Source: Vulcanimicrobiota bacterium
Lineage (GTDB): Bacteria > Vulcanimicrobiota > Vulcanimicrobiia > Vulcanimicrobiales > Vulcanimicrobiaceae
Reading direction: 5' to 3'
Assembly: GCA_963812155.1 (NCBI GenBank)
Contig: CAWETW010000001.1
Span: forward strand, 288,001 to 352,000
DNA length: 64,000 nucleotides
Below the pieces are notes generated by a model. That model worked only from the letters and a program-made list of their open reading frames with translations, made no database searches and was not told where the DNA came from. This document shows positions 35,745 to 48,719 of the stretch, piece by piece (the first letter of the stretch is position 1; every line of letters starts with the position of its first letter). The position numbers and the translations under genes were made by a program.

Positions 35745-35858
35745 GGGCCGAGCAGGGTTAGGTAGCGGAACCCGTTCAAAAGTCGCAGGGCGTCTGGGAG
35801 CGGGCCCGCGGCTAGTCTAGATTGCCAGTCTGGGTCGGCAAGATCCGCGCTAGAGCTT

Positions 35859-35957
35859 TCAATGATGCTTGGCCCAGAGAAAAGAAACCAGGACTACCAG
35901 CAGGACGGTGCCGCAGATCATTCCCGTAGCGATGACTATGGCGGTCGGCAAGCTCAT
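35859..35957 (-). CDS. Unannotated 32-aa single-TM protein MSLPTAIVIATGMICGTVLLVVLVSFLWAKHH
   Basis: AAGAGGG SD, TM helix followed by KHH. Confidence 0.5.
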   Translation of the reverse strand: MSLPTAIVIATGMICGTVLLVVLVSFLWAKHH

Positions 35958-36099
35958 TAAAGACCCTCTTTCAGGCTACCCCCTGCTTACGGATTGCGAG
36001 CCTTTCGGGTTTCGGTGCGCGCTGACCACTTCCGCAGGGCCAGACGGAGCTCGGGTTTGGACGGTTGCTTGCATGGGCTGGCGGAAAGTGTGCATTGAC

Positions 36100-36267
36100 T
36101 CCTGTCACGGACGACGCGGTGTGACAACCGAGATGGCGCTGCGGCTCGCACATGCCTTCCAGACCTCCGCGCAGTATTGGCTCAACCTGCAGATCGCCGT
36201 CGACCTCTACGACGCCCAGAAATCCGACGTTTTTGCGGAGATCGAACGCCGGCCGGTGCTCGTCTAG
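36100..36267 (+). pseudogene. HigA/VapI-family antitoxin C-terminal remnant
   Basis: GRRGVTTEMALRLAHAFQTSAQYWLNLQ..DL; N-terminal HPG/HTH part and toxin gene absent. Confidence 0.75.
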
Positions 36268-36316
36268 CGCGAGGCGCTCGGAGAGTTATCGTACCGCGAC
36301 GCTGGCGTCGCCGCTC

Positions 36317-36863
36317 TCAAACGCTACAGCTTTGCAGATGGAGGTGCACGCGCTCGGAATCGATTGTGTTCGGCTCCAGTGTGAAACGCAGCGGTTCATC
36401 CGCGACGGCCGCCGCTGACAGGAATCGCCTGCAGCTTACACGCGGCCAGACGATCGCGCAGGACGAGCGCCGCGCTTGCGACCGATTCTCGATCGTGCCG
36501 ATTGAGTTCGAGCAGAATGCACGCGAAGCGCGCGCGGGTCGGGTCGTTTACGGTGCAGTCCCAGCCGTGAAACTCGACCGCGCTCGGTGTGCGCGAGCAT
36601 CCAGTTCATCGCGGGCCGGGAGAACTCGGCGTAGGTGCGCATGCCGGCGTGCGTGAGCACATCGATCGCTCGCAGGTTGCCGGGCGTTTGGCATGCAGCG
36701 CGCCGTGATAGACGGCGTAGTTGTCGAGGCCGCGGGGGTAGGCGGCGTAGACCATCGGCGTGCCGCCGAAATGCCGCAGCATCAGCGGCTGCGCGATGCG
36801 GTAGTACTCGAGATTGCGCTCGCAATCGGCGTGCGATATGTGATGGATGGGGGGGGTGAGCAT
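36317..36863 (-). pseudogene. Divergent LigD polymerase (AEP primase) domain-like gene, frameshifted and internally deleted
   Basis: LEYYRIAQPLMLRHFGGTP...YPRG; AVEFHGW...DPTRARFARILLE...AALVLRDRL; RVHLHLQS in different frames. Confidence 0.5.
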
Positions 36864-37192
36864 CGTTATGTTCCTGCAAGGCTCGTGCACTCCGTGTATT
36901 CGGAGCCCACGAAACGCGGCATCGCGCATGCAAACCCTATTTCACGCTCGCCTATGCGTGCGATGCCGCAATCGGTACTACGGTACGGCGCCACGTGCAC
37001 AGAAAATCCGGTCCCTTACCCCATTAAAGGCTTACGTCGCCGCTAACGGCCTTACGCTTTTCTCACGCTAGCCGCTCCCGCAGCCGCGCCGCCGGCGGCC
37101 GTGGGAGTTCGGCGATAGGTGTAGCCGGGAGCCCGTTCGATGCTGCCGAAACCCTCCGCGTACCTGAAACGTCAGGGTGAAAGGTAGGGTGT

Positions 37193-38110
37193 ATGCCCAC
37201 TCTTACGATCAATTACGTTTATTTCGGCGCGTCCGGGGCGCACACGCGCCAGCCGCGCGTCGTCAGCTCTTACGGCGGATTCACGCCCATCCCGGGTCTT
37301 AATCCCGGCGGCACCGCGACGCTGATGGCGGGAACGCCATATGAGCCCGGTTATCCGCCCGACCTCGACTCACAACACCTCGCTTACGCGTTCACGAACG
37401 TCTCCGGCTGTTTGGAGGGTCCGCGCACGTCGTACGTCGCGACCATGCTTCCTCCGGTCGGCACAGTTGGTAGCAATCCGATCGTCGTCAACTACGTCTA
37501 CGTTCCCACCGGCCATAACGGAAACGGCGGAACCGGCGCCGTCATCGATGCGTTCGACGCGAGCATCAACTCGCTGATCGATAACAACTTCGTAACGTGC
37601 ACTCCGGATCCGGGCGGCACCATCACGACCGAAGCGAACGTCGACGGTTGGGTGGATACGTCAAGCTCAGGACGCACCATCACTGCAGACCATCCGAATA
37701 TCGGAGGCTATGGAACGTGGTCGACCCTCCCGCTCTTCGATCGCTGGGTCGATCTCACCGATCCCGCGCCGCCATCGTCGCTGATTAGCGGTGCCAATCT
37801 TACGCCCGGACAAGGCGCCACCGTCTACGCACTCGCGTTCTATCACGATCCGATAAAAACCAAAGAGCACAAGGAGTACTTAGAAAAGAATCCGGCCGAG
37901 TACCTGAAGTCGATAGCCGAATACTTCAAGGGGCCGAAGGAATCGGTCGAAAATCCCGGATTCGGCAACATCGGCGATCCCGCGGAGGTGATCGGCGAGT
38001 TACGGACGCTCACCGTGCGGCTTGCCGGACTCGAGGCGCGCCTCGAGGCGTTCGGCTCGGCATTCATCAAAGCCGAAGACCGGCCGCAAACCCGGAAGCA
38101 GCAGCGGTAA
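37193..38110 (+). CDS. Hypothetical protein with beta-rich body and Lys/Glu-rich C-terminal tail (candidate ATP-grasp substrate)
   Basis: SD-like AAGGTAGG; tail KTKEHKEYLEK...FKGPKE, coiled coil, AFIKAEDRP. Confidence 0.8.
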   Translation: MPTLTINYVYFGASGAHTRQPRVVSSYGGFTPIPGLNPGGTATLMAGTPYEPGYPPDLDSQHLAYAFTNVSGCLEGPRTSYVATMLPPVGTVGSNPIVVNYVYVPTGHNGNGGTGAVIDAFDASINSLIDNNFVTCTPDPGGTITTEANVDGWVDTSSSGRTITADHPNIGGYGTWSTLPLFDRWVDLTDPAPPSSLISGANLTPGQGATVYALAFYHDPIKTKEHKEYLEKNPAEYLKSIAEYFKGPKESVENPGFGNIGDPAEVIGELRTLTVRLAGLEARLEAFGSAFIKAEDRPQTRKQQR

Positions 38111-38128
38111 CAGTGAGCGCGAGGAGCG

Positions 38129-38833
38129 TTGTTCCTCGTCCTTAGCAACTTGGCCAACGAGGCGGCGCGAGAAATGGTGGAGACGTTTCCACCTGGCGCC
38201 GCCTCGCTGGTCACCGCTTCCGAACTCGATCGTTCGTTTAAAGCGTCCGTTCGGTTCGGCGATTTTTCGTCCGCGACGTTGACGATCGACGGCGTCGAGA
38301 CGTCGCCACGCCAGGTCGAAGGCGTCGTTTCGACGATTGCCTATTTCCTGCCGCAAGAGTTTTACTACGTCGAGCCCGCCGATCGCGAGTATGTGCGAAG
38401 CGAAACCACGGCCTTCTTCATCTACTTCCTCTCGCAGCTTGCGTGCCCGAAACTCAATCCGCCGACGGCCAAGACGCTTTGCGGCTTGGGCATGCATCGC
38501 ATCGAATGGATGCGGGGCGCGCGTAACGCCGGCGTTCCGTTGCAGCGGGTGCGGACTCACGACGGACAAACGACGTACGACGATGTGCCGGATGCGAGGC
38601 AACGCGTGCGCGCGACGTGCATCGGCGACGCGATCGTCGAAGACCGCGTCCCCGACGCGGTTCGAGCGCACCTGCTAGCGCTATCCGAGGCCTTTCGAAT
38701 GCCGTACCTGTGCGCCGATTTCATTGCACCCGGCGACGGCGACTACCGCCTGGCCGATCTGTGGTCGGTTCCCGACGTCCGCGTCCCGGCAAATCGCGCG
38801 GCAATCGTGCGCTTCATGCGGGGCCGGCCGTGA
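38129..38833 (+). CDS. Degenerate ATP-grasp-like protein
   Basis: GAGGAG SD + TTG; DREYVRSE..AF...LNPP, but no FQE or EVN motifs; coupled to the next gene. Confidence 0.65.
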   Translation: MFLVLSNLANEAAREMVETFPPGAASLVTASELDRSFKASVRFGDFSSATLTIDGVETSPRQVEGVVSTIAYFLPQEFYYVEPADREYVRSETTAFFIYFLSQLACPKLNPPTAKTLCGLGMHRIEWMRGARNAGVPLQRVRTHDGQTTYDDVPDARQRVRATCIGDAIVEDRVPDAVRAHLLALSEAFRMPYLCADFIAPGDGDYRLADLWSVPDVRVPANRAAIVRFMRGRP

Positions 38834-39783
38834 TTTTGCTTTGGGGCTCAATGACGGACGAGCCGATGGTGATGGCACGCGCCGCATTGTTGCAGGCGGG
38901 CTACGAGCCGGCCTTTCTAGATCACGAAAAGGTCTTTACCTCGGTGCTTGATTGTGAAATCGACGACGCAGGCAGCCGCTGCACGGTGACCGCCGGCGAG
39001 GCGGTGGTCGAGATGGCGGCGGTCTCGGTTGCCTATGTGCGCGGCGCGAACTTCTACGACTACGACGAGATGCGCGACCTGCCACGCGATGCGCCTCTCG
39101 CGCAACGGGCAGCCGCGTTCGAAATGCAGTTGATGGCATGGCTCGACGCCTCGGATGCGGTCGTCATCAATAAATCGGGCCCCGCGGCGGCGAACAATTC
39201 CAAGCCCTATCAGCTGACGGCGGTCCGCAATGCCGGGTTTCACGTTCCAGAGACCTTCCTTACCAACGACCCCGCCGCCGCGCGCGCGTTCGTGTCGGCA
39301 CGTCGCGACGTCATCTACAAGTCCATCAGCGGAACCCGGAGCATCGTGCGCCCGCTCGACGAACGACAACGCGCCTTTCTCGACGACGTAAAGTGGTGTC
39401 CGACGTGTTTTCAGGAGCGACTTACCGGAATGAACTATCGCGTCCACGTGATCGGCGATCGCGTTCTCGCGCTTCGCATCGAATCCGACCAACTCGATTA
39501 TCGCTATGGCAACACCCGAATGGCGGAGACCGAGTTGCCCGACGACATCGCGCAGCGCTGCCGAGACATGACCGGCGCGATGGGACTGCATTTCTCCGGT
39601 ATCGACCTCATGCAGACCCGCGACGGCGAGTGGTTCTGCTTCGAAGTGAATCCGTCACCGGCGTTTTCCTACTTCGAGGCGGCCTCCGGACAGCCGATCG
39701 CCGCGGCACTGGCCCGGTTCCTGCTGGACCAACTCGCGCGCGCTGAAGATGCGGCGGCAAAGCGCGCGCTCCAGACCCACTAA
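38830..39783 (+). CDS. ATP-grasp ligase, RimK/MvdC-D (graspetide maturase)-like
   Basis: NNSKPYQL..GFHVPETFLTNDP, YKSISG, FQE..G..YRVHVIG, DYRY, FSGIDL, FEVNPSP. Confidence 0.88.
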   Translation: MILLWGSMTDEPMVMARAALLQAGYEPAFLDHEKVFTSVLDCEIDDAGSRCTVTAGEAVVEMAAVSVAYVRGANFYDYDEMRDLPRDAPLAQRAAAFEMQLMAWLDASDAVVINKSGPAAANNSKPYQLTAVRNAGFHVPETFLTNDPAAARAFVSARRDVIYKSISGTRSIVRPLDERQRAFLDDVKWCPTCFQERLTGMNYRVHVIGDRVLALRIESDQLDYRYGNTRMAETELPDDIAQRCRDMTGAMGLHFSGIDLMQTRDGEWFCFEVNPSPAFSYFEAASGQPIAAALARFLLDQLARAEDAAAKRALQTH

Positions 39784-39889
39784 TGCTGGCGGGCTCGGCG
39801 CACTGCGCTTAGGGTGACACAGGGGCGGTGTGCGCCTCCGCCCGGGGTCACCGCGCATGACCGGCGCGATTCGCGGGTACGACAAAGGC

Positions 39890-40402
39890 ATGAAGATAGG
39901 AATCATCGGCACCAACTCCCGCGCGGTCGCGATCGGCCGGCTGCTCGCATCGGGCGGCCATGACATTAGCTTCAGCGACGCCCAAAACAGGCAAGCCGCC
40001 GAGCGCGCGGCAAGTGACATCGGCGTGGCAGCGGAAAACGCCTACGACCAAGCAGTGCGCGACATTTTGGTATTCGCGTGTGCACGTTCTCAAATCGACG
40101 CGACCCTCACGGCTATAGGCTCGGGCGTTCACTGCATCGTGCTAGATGCGTTGGACGGCGGACCTGACGAACCGCATCGCGGCGCCGAGCTGCTTGCACG
40201 GAAGCTCGACACGCACGACCTCGTGCGCGCACTGATCGTGCTGCCGCAAACCGGCGCCAACATTCCGCTTTGTGGCGACGATCCCGCAGCCAAGGCCGTC
40301 GTGCAGCAGGCATTCGAAGCATGCGGCTGCATCACGAGCGACCGCGGCCCGCTCTCCAACGCAGCCGAGCTGGAACCGCACCTGACGAGCATCGCCGCGT
40401 AA
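39890..40402 (+). CDS. F420-dependent NADP oxidoreductase-like protein (short, degenerate Rossmann motif)
   Basis: MKIGIIGT..., LCGDDPAAKAVV...DRGPLSNAAELEP. Confidence 0.65.
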   Translation: MKIGIIGTNSRAVAIGRLLASGGHDISFSDAQNRQAAERAASDIGVAAENAYDQAVRDILVFACARSQIDATLTAIGSGVHCIVLDALDGGPDEPHRGAELLARKLDTHDLVRALIVLPQTGANIPLCGDDPAAKAVVQQAFEACGCITSDRGPLSNAAELEPHLTSIAA

Positions 40403-40436
40403 AGGCGAGCCTTTTCGCTTCGTCAAAAATGCCCGC

Positions 40437-41525
40437 ATGGGCAGAATGGTCAAAATTGCCGCATTCGCAACGGTTTCGGCCCTTGCGGCGTGTTCCAGCC
40501 CCGTAAGCCAACCTTCGGTTCCCGGCAGCCTGCAAGCAAAGAACGCAAAGGTTGCCGCGCCGTCAACGACCGGCCACTTGTTCGTTCGACGATCCGTGTC
40601 GCGCAACGCGCCGGCGGGATACGGTCCGGCCGATCTTCAAGCCGCCTACAATCTTCCGTCGAGCAGTAAAGGCAGCGGACAAGTCGTTGCGGTCGTCGAC
40701 GCCTACGACAACCCGAACGTTGCATCGGATCTGGCGACTTATCGCTCGACCTACGGTTTACCGTCCGCGAACTTCACGAAATATAACCAGGCGGGGCAGA
40801 CGAAGAACTATCCGCAGGCCGACTCGGCTTGGGGCACGGACATCGACCTGGCCGTCGAAATGATTTCCGCCTCATGTCCGAACTGCACGATCGATCTCGT
40901 CGAAGCGAACTCGAGCAGCGTTTCGGATCTCGAACAGGCTGAATCGGAAGCCGTCGCGCTCGGCGCGCACGTCGTCACCAATGGATTCGCCGGTACCGGC
41001 TTCGATCAATCGTATTTCGATGCCAACGGTGTGACCTATCTTGCGGCTTCGGGCGACGGCGGATTCGGGTCCGTTCCCGAACCGGCCGCATTCGGCAGCG
41101 TCGTGGCGGTCGGAGGCACGACGCTCACGCGCGGCGGCGAAAGCCGCGGATGGAAAGAAACCGTTTGGCCAGACGCAGGCAACGGTTGCACAACGTTCCC
41201 CAAGCCGCCGTGGCAGCATGACAAGACGTGTGCGTATCGCTTAGCCAACGATGTCTCGGCCGTCGCGGCTCCGACGCCGGGTGTTGCCGAGTACGACAGC
41301 TACGGTGCCGGCAGATGGTTCCTCGTGGGTGGCACCAGCGTAGCGACGCCGCTTCTCGCCGGTGTCTTCGGCTTAGCCGGCAATGCGAATAAACAAAACG
41401 GTGGCAGGACGTTTTGGCAATCGTCCCACCACCAATATTTGTATCGTTTGAAGAGCGGAGGGAAGTTCGTCCGCTATTCCGAGGCCGGTGGCTGGGGCAG
41501 CCCCGACGGCATCGGCGCGTTTTAG
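40437..41525 (+). CDS. S53/S8 family peptidase-like lipoprotein
   Basis: Lipobox LAAC; GYGPADLQAAY, VAVVDAYD, ASGD, VGGT, GGTSVATP, GWGSPDG. Confidence 0.85.
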   Translation: MGRMVKIAAFATVSALAACSSPVSQPSVPGSLQAKNAKVAAPSTTGHLFVRRSVSRNAPAGYGPADLQAAYNLPSSSKGSGQVVAVVDAYDNPNVASDLATYRSTYGLPSANFTKYNQAGQTKNYPQADSAWGTDIDLAVEMISASCPNCTIDLVEANSSSVSDLEQAESEAVALGAHVVTNGFAGTGFDQSYFDANGVTYLAASGDGGFGSVPEPAAFGSVVAVGGTTLTRGGESRGWKETVWPDAGNGCTTFPKPPWQHDKTCAYRLANDVSAVAAPTPGVAEYDSYGAGRWFLVGGTSVATPLLAGVFGLAGNANKQNGGRTFWQSSHHQYLYRLKSGGKFVRYSEAGGWGSPDGIGAF

Positions 41526-41538
41526 CGCACTGCGCGTC

Positions 41539-41685
41539 CTTCGACTGCGCGCCTGCGGGCGCTCCGCTCAGGATGACACCAAGTGGCTTCGCTTAGGATG
41601 ACAGGGGAAGTCCTTCGCTCAGGACGACACAGGGGGCGCGCGCTCCTCTTAGTGTGACACAGAGGAGCGCTGCGCTCGGGTGATG
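41539..41685 (+). repeat. Cluster of REP-like repeats (one full, several partial copies)
   Basis: CTTCGACTGCGCGCCTGCGGGCGCTCCGCTCAGGATGACAC, then CTTCGCTTAGGATGACA, CTTCGCTCAGGACGACAC, CTTAGTGTGACAC. Confidence 0.8.
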
Positions 41686-42132
41686 CTAGGGGCTGTGGAC
41701 TTGTTTGTGGAGTTCGTGAAGATCTTCGAGCGAGTTTAGGGTTACCGCATCGTTCACGGACTCGTTCTTTAGCCCCATCTCCGAGCGCATGCTCTTGGCG
41801 AGTTCGGGCGCATGGTTGTATCCGTGAATCGACGCGTTATGCTTGCGAATCGTCTCCGCGTCGGTCTTACCGTTGCTGACGACGTACTCTTCGAACTGCA
41901 CGTACGTCGGCTTGTGCGTGCGCACGTACTCCATGACTTTCTCGCGGTCGAGGCCGAGATTGTCGATCGTCATCTGATCGAAGCCGGCGCCGCAATGGTC
42001 CCAGCCGTCGGCCAGTTGGTCTGAATATCCCAGCGTGAGCTTCGTCCACAAACGCGGCAAATGCGCTGCGCCGATCGGTCCGGTGGTCTGCGAACTGATG
42101 TAGGGAATTTGTTTTTGCGCGGTGCTAGGCAT
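41686..42132 (-). CDS. DUF5069-like protein
   Basis: PYISS..GPIGAAHLPRLW.K...G.GFDQM....LGLD...KPTYVQFE. Confidence 0.65.
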   Translation of the reverse strand: MPSTAQKQIPYISSQTTGPIGAAHLPRLWTKLTLGYSDQLADGWDHCGAGFDQMTIDNLGLDREKVMEYVRTHKPTYVQFEEYVVSNGKTDAETIRKHNASIHGYNHAPELAKSMRSEMGLKNESVNDAVTLNSLEDLHELHKQVHSP

Positions 42133-42136
42133 GAGT

Positions 42137-43024
42137 TTACTGGTCCTTTCCATGACGCGAGATGAAAGTGAGTTCCGACACGCCGGATTTATCGAGTTCG
42201 CCGAGCCCGAGGCGTTTCATGCGTTCGAATTGTTCGTACGTGGCGCGGGCCAACGGCAAACGCAGGCCGGCCTCTTCGGCCAGGCCCAGCGCGATGCCCG
42301 AATCCTTGGCCGCGTGCGCTGCTGAAAAGTAGACGTCGTGTTCTCGATTCTGCATATCGGCGCCGTCTGTTTCCAGAACGCGCGAATTGGCTCCGGTCTG
42401 CGAAAAGATTTCCCGGACGACCTCGAGATCGAGCCCGAGGGCGTCGGCGAGGCCGAGCCCTTCGGCCAGGCCGGCCGTGTTGACGTTCATCACCATGTTA
42501 ACGAGCGCTTTGACTTCGGCGGCCTTACCCGCCGGTCCGACGTATTTCAGCGACGAACTCATCGACTCGAGCAACGGTTTGACGGCAGCGAACGCTTCCT
42601 CGCGGCCGGCGACCATCAAATACAACGTGCCGTTGCGCGCCTGCGGAATCGAACTGGCCATGCAGGCTTCGAGCGCCCGCGCTCCGCTTGCCTCGGCGCG
42701 CCGCTCGACTTCGACGTGGACCTTCGGTGCAATCGTCGCGCAGTTGACGAAGATTTTTCCCCGCGCGCCTTCGAGCAGCGAATCGCCGGACGTTGGGAAG
42801 ATTGCATACATCGCATCGTCGTCGCTCACGACGGTAATCACGACGTCGGAGAGTTCGGTGACGCGCGCGAGCGACGTCGCGACTTCGCCACCCGTTAGCC
42901 GTGCCGTTTCGGCAGCCGCTTGCGGCCGGACGTCGTAGAGCGCCGCCACCGTGTAGCCCGTATCGTTGAGCCGTTGGGCGATATTGGCGCCCATGCGCCC
43001 GGTGCCGACGATGCCGATCCTCAT
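42137..43024 (-). CDS. 3-hydroxyisobutyrate dehydrogenase family NAD(P)-dependent oxidoreductase
   Basis: GIVGTGRMG, KALVNMVM, AAKDSGIA. Confidence 0.88.
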   Translation of the reverse strand: MRIGIVGTGRMGANIAQRLNDTGYTVAALYDVRPQAAAETARLTGGEVATSLARVTELSDVVITVVSDDDAMYAIFPTSGDSLLEGARGKIFVNCATIAPKVHVEVERRAEASGARALEACMASSIPQARNGTLYLMVAGREEAFAAVKPLLESMSSSLKYVGPAGKAAEVKALVNMVMNVNTAGLAEGLGLADALGLDLEVVREIFSQTGANSRVLETDGADMQNREHDVYFSAAHAAKDSGIALGLAEEAGLRLPLARATYEQFERMKRLGLGELDKSGVSELTFISRHGKDQ

Positions 43025-43096
43025 GTCGACGGGGAGGTTCCCCTCGTATTTGCGAGCAACCTTCGAGCTATTCTGCTACTACAGGAGGAGGATCTC

Positions 43097-43654
43097 ATGC
43101 GCATTCATTGGGGCTTAACGATGGTGGCCGCCCTCGCCGTTGCGGCGCTTCCGCTGCACGCTCCGGCTCAGATCGAAAGCACGCCGGTGCCCGCACCACA
43201 GAAACCCAACCTTTCTTCGATGGCGTTTTTGGTTGGCTCGTGGTCTTGCAGCACCAAGAGCGCCCGCCGGCCCGCGGCGTACATGACGACGTCCACGTAC
43301 ACGATGGACCCGTCCGGCTACTGGCTCGACGAAACGTCGGTCACCACTCCGAATTCGTGGATCCCGGCGAAGATCACCGTTAACGATAAGTACACCTACG
43401 ATTCCGACGCGCATCGCTGGGTCGACCTCACCTACGGACAAGGCGGGGCGTACGGATTGGCGTTCTCATCCGGCTGGAACGGCGACAAAATCAGTTGGCA
43501 CGACGTAAGTTTTGCGCCGACCGCCGAAATTTCGTCGCAAACAAACAACACGATTACGAAAGTCAGCAGCTCGAAAGTAACCTTCGCATCGTCATTTACC
43601 GAAGCAAAGACCGGCCGGCACGTCGCCGTCACCGGAAGCTGCACGAAGCAGTAG
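43097..43654 (+). CDS. Secreted hypothetical protein (DUF1579-like beta barrel)
   Basis: GGAGGAGG SD, signal peptide, FLVGSWSC...GSCTK. Confidence 0.75.
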   Translation: MRIHWGLTMVAALAVAALPLHAPAQIESTPVPAPQKPNLSSMAFLVGSWSCSTKSARRPAAYMTTSTYTMDPSGYWLDETSVTTPNSWIPAKITVNDKYTYDSDAHRWVDLTYGQGGAYGLAFSSGWNGDKISWHDVSFAPTAEISSQTNNTITKVSSSKVTFASSFTEAKTGRHVAVTGSCTKQ

Positions 43655-43678
43655 CTGACACCCTGTGCGGCACGGGTT

Positions 43679-43710
43679 AAAAAAGTAGCCCCGCTTTACG
43701 CGGGGCTACT
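43679..43710 (-). terminator. Rho-independent terminator of rpoB
   Basis: 11-bp stem AGTAGCCCCGC/GCGGGGCTACT with a T run on the minus strand. Confidence 0.85.
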
Positions 43711-43718
43711 CCTTCGTC

Positions 43719-43786
43719 CTTCGACTGCGCGCCTGCGGGCGCTTCGCTCAGGATGACACCCTGTGCGGCTTCGCTCAGGATGACAC
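43719..43786 (+). repeat. REP-like repeats downstream of rpoB (full + partial)
   Basis: One mismatch to the 41539 copy, then CTTCGCTCAGGATGACAC. Confidence 0.8.
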
Positions 43787-43793
43787 CGTCTGA

Positions 43794-47660
<3,867 letters not shown>

Positions 47661-47818
47661 GAATCTCTTTCTCTAGGGAGCGTGCGTTAGTATAAGAACG
47701 CTGGGGTCGGGCTGGGACGCTTCGGGCACACCAAAAAGACGAGCGCACGCTCTGACCGATGCAGAGGTGACCCGCCTAATCTTTTAGGTGGCCTATTCGC
47801 CGCGGGGCATAGGAAACG

Positions 47819-47847
47819 AGTCTAGCACCCGTCGAGGCGAGCGTCAA
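47819..47847 (-). promoter_or_regulatory. sigma70-type promoter of rpoB
   Basis: TTGACG-N17-TAGACT with extended TG, about 160 nt upstream of ATG. Confidence 0.7.
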
Positions 47848-47892
47848 GGAACCCTTCCGCGAATCTTAGATTTAAGTCGGAATGGGTCGGGT

Positions 47893-48384
47893 TTACCGAT
47901 AGACGCGCTGCCGGTCGCCGACGATCGTGCGCCCTTCCGGGAGCCCGGCGGCAGGCACCGGTTTGGTGCCGACCAGGTCGACGTAAACGAGGTGGCCGCC
48001 ATACCAGCCCGAGGCGACCAGGATGCCGAGCGCGACGTAGGTCAAGACGTAGCCGAGCGGCGAGACCGGCGCCGAGTACCGCACGGCGAACGCCGCGATG
48101 TAAAAGGCGACGACGATCAGGTTGAGCACCATGTGGGTCGTGGCGATGCGCTTCGTAGCCGGCGGCATGGGCGCCGTGAGGTAGTCGGTGAAACCGAAAA
48201 CGGCGGCCAGCAGGGCCGCGACGACGCCGAACGCGATCAGCCAGACGCTGAGTTCCGGCCAGAACGTTTTGTCTCCCCAGATGGAGATGACGTCCGAGAC
48301 GAGCACCCCGCCGAATAAGCCGATGGGAAACGAGACGAGCATCGGGTGGATCGGGTGACCAAGGATGGTGGCTTTCCCTTGCAT
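47893..48384 (-). CDS. DUF2231 membrane protein
   Basis: GHPIHPMLVSFPIG...GWYGGHLVY. Confidence 0.88.
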   Translation of the reverse strand: MQGKATILGHPIHPMLVSFPIGLFGGVLVSDVISIWGDKTFWPELSVWLIAFGVVAALLAAVFGFTDYLTAPMPPATKRIATTHMVLNLIVVAFYIAAFAVRYSAPVSPLGYVLTYVALGILVASGWYGGHLVYVDLVGTKPVPAAGLPEGRTIVGDRQRVYR

Positions 48385-48446
48385 CGCTGCCTCCTATCGA
48401 AAACCAGATGCTCGACCTTTTCCCAGGCCGGAAGGAGGTTACGCCT

Positions 48447-48704
48447 CTATCCCACGAGGTCGTGCCAGCTCTTGGCGCCGACCGTGACGCCGAAATACGC
48501 CGCGGCCGCCTTGATGTTGGCGAAAGCCTGCGCTCGATCGCCGTCGCTCACGTCGCCGACCTGGGCGAACCGGGCAACGGCGCTGCGAACGTGGGCCGCG
48601 TCGGTGAGCGGCTCCTTGCGTTCGGCCGGAAAGGCGAAGGCGCTGGCCGGAAGCCGCCCGCGCGGCACGTCCTGAGTACGCAGGGGTTTCCAGGTGACGT
48701 CCAT
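48447..48704 (-). CDS. Small conserved protein (DUF6582-like)
   Basis: LPASAFAFPAERKEPLTDAAHVRSAVARF. Confidence 0.75.
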   Translation of the reverse strand: MDVTWKPLRTQDVPRGRLPASAFAFPAERKEPLTDAAHVRSAVARFAQVGDVSDGDRAQAFANIKAAAAYFGVTVGAKSWHDLVG

Positions 48705-48719
48705 GCGGGCGCAAGTGCC

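Noticed and set aside
35869..36100. N-terminal part of the 132-aa ORF as a full HigA
   Set aside because: No HigA similarity; it is antisense to the SD-led 32-aa membrane ORF.
41539..41685. Possible CRISPR array
   Set aside because: Repeats are degenerate, spacers are very short and irregular, there are no cas genes, and the same motif is dispersed elsewhere (REP-like).
35585..43793. Prophage or integrative element between rpoB and rpoC
   Set aside because: No integrase, transposase, phage gene or att-like direct repeat seen.
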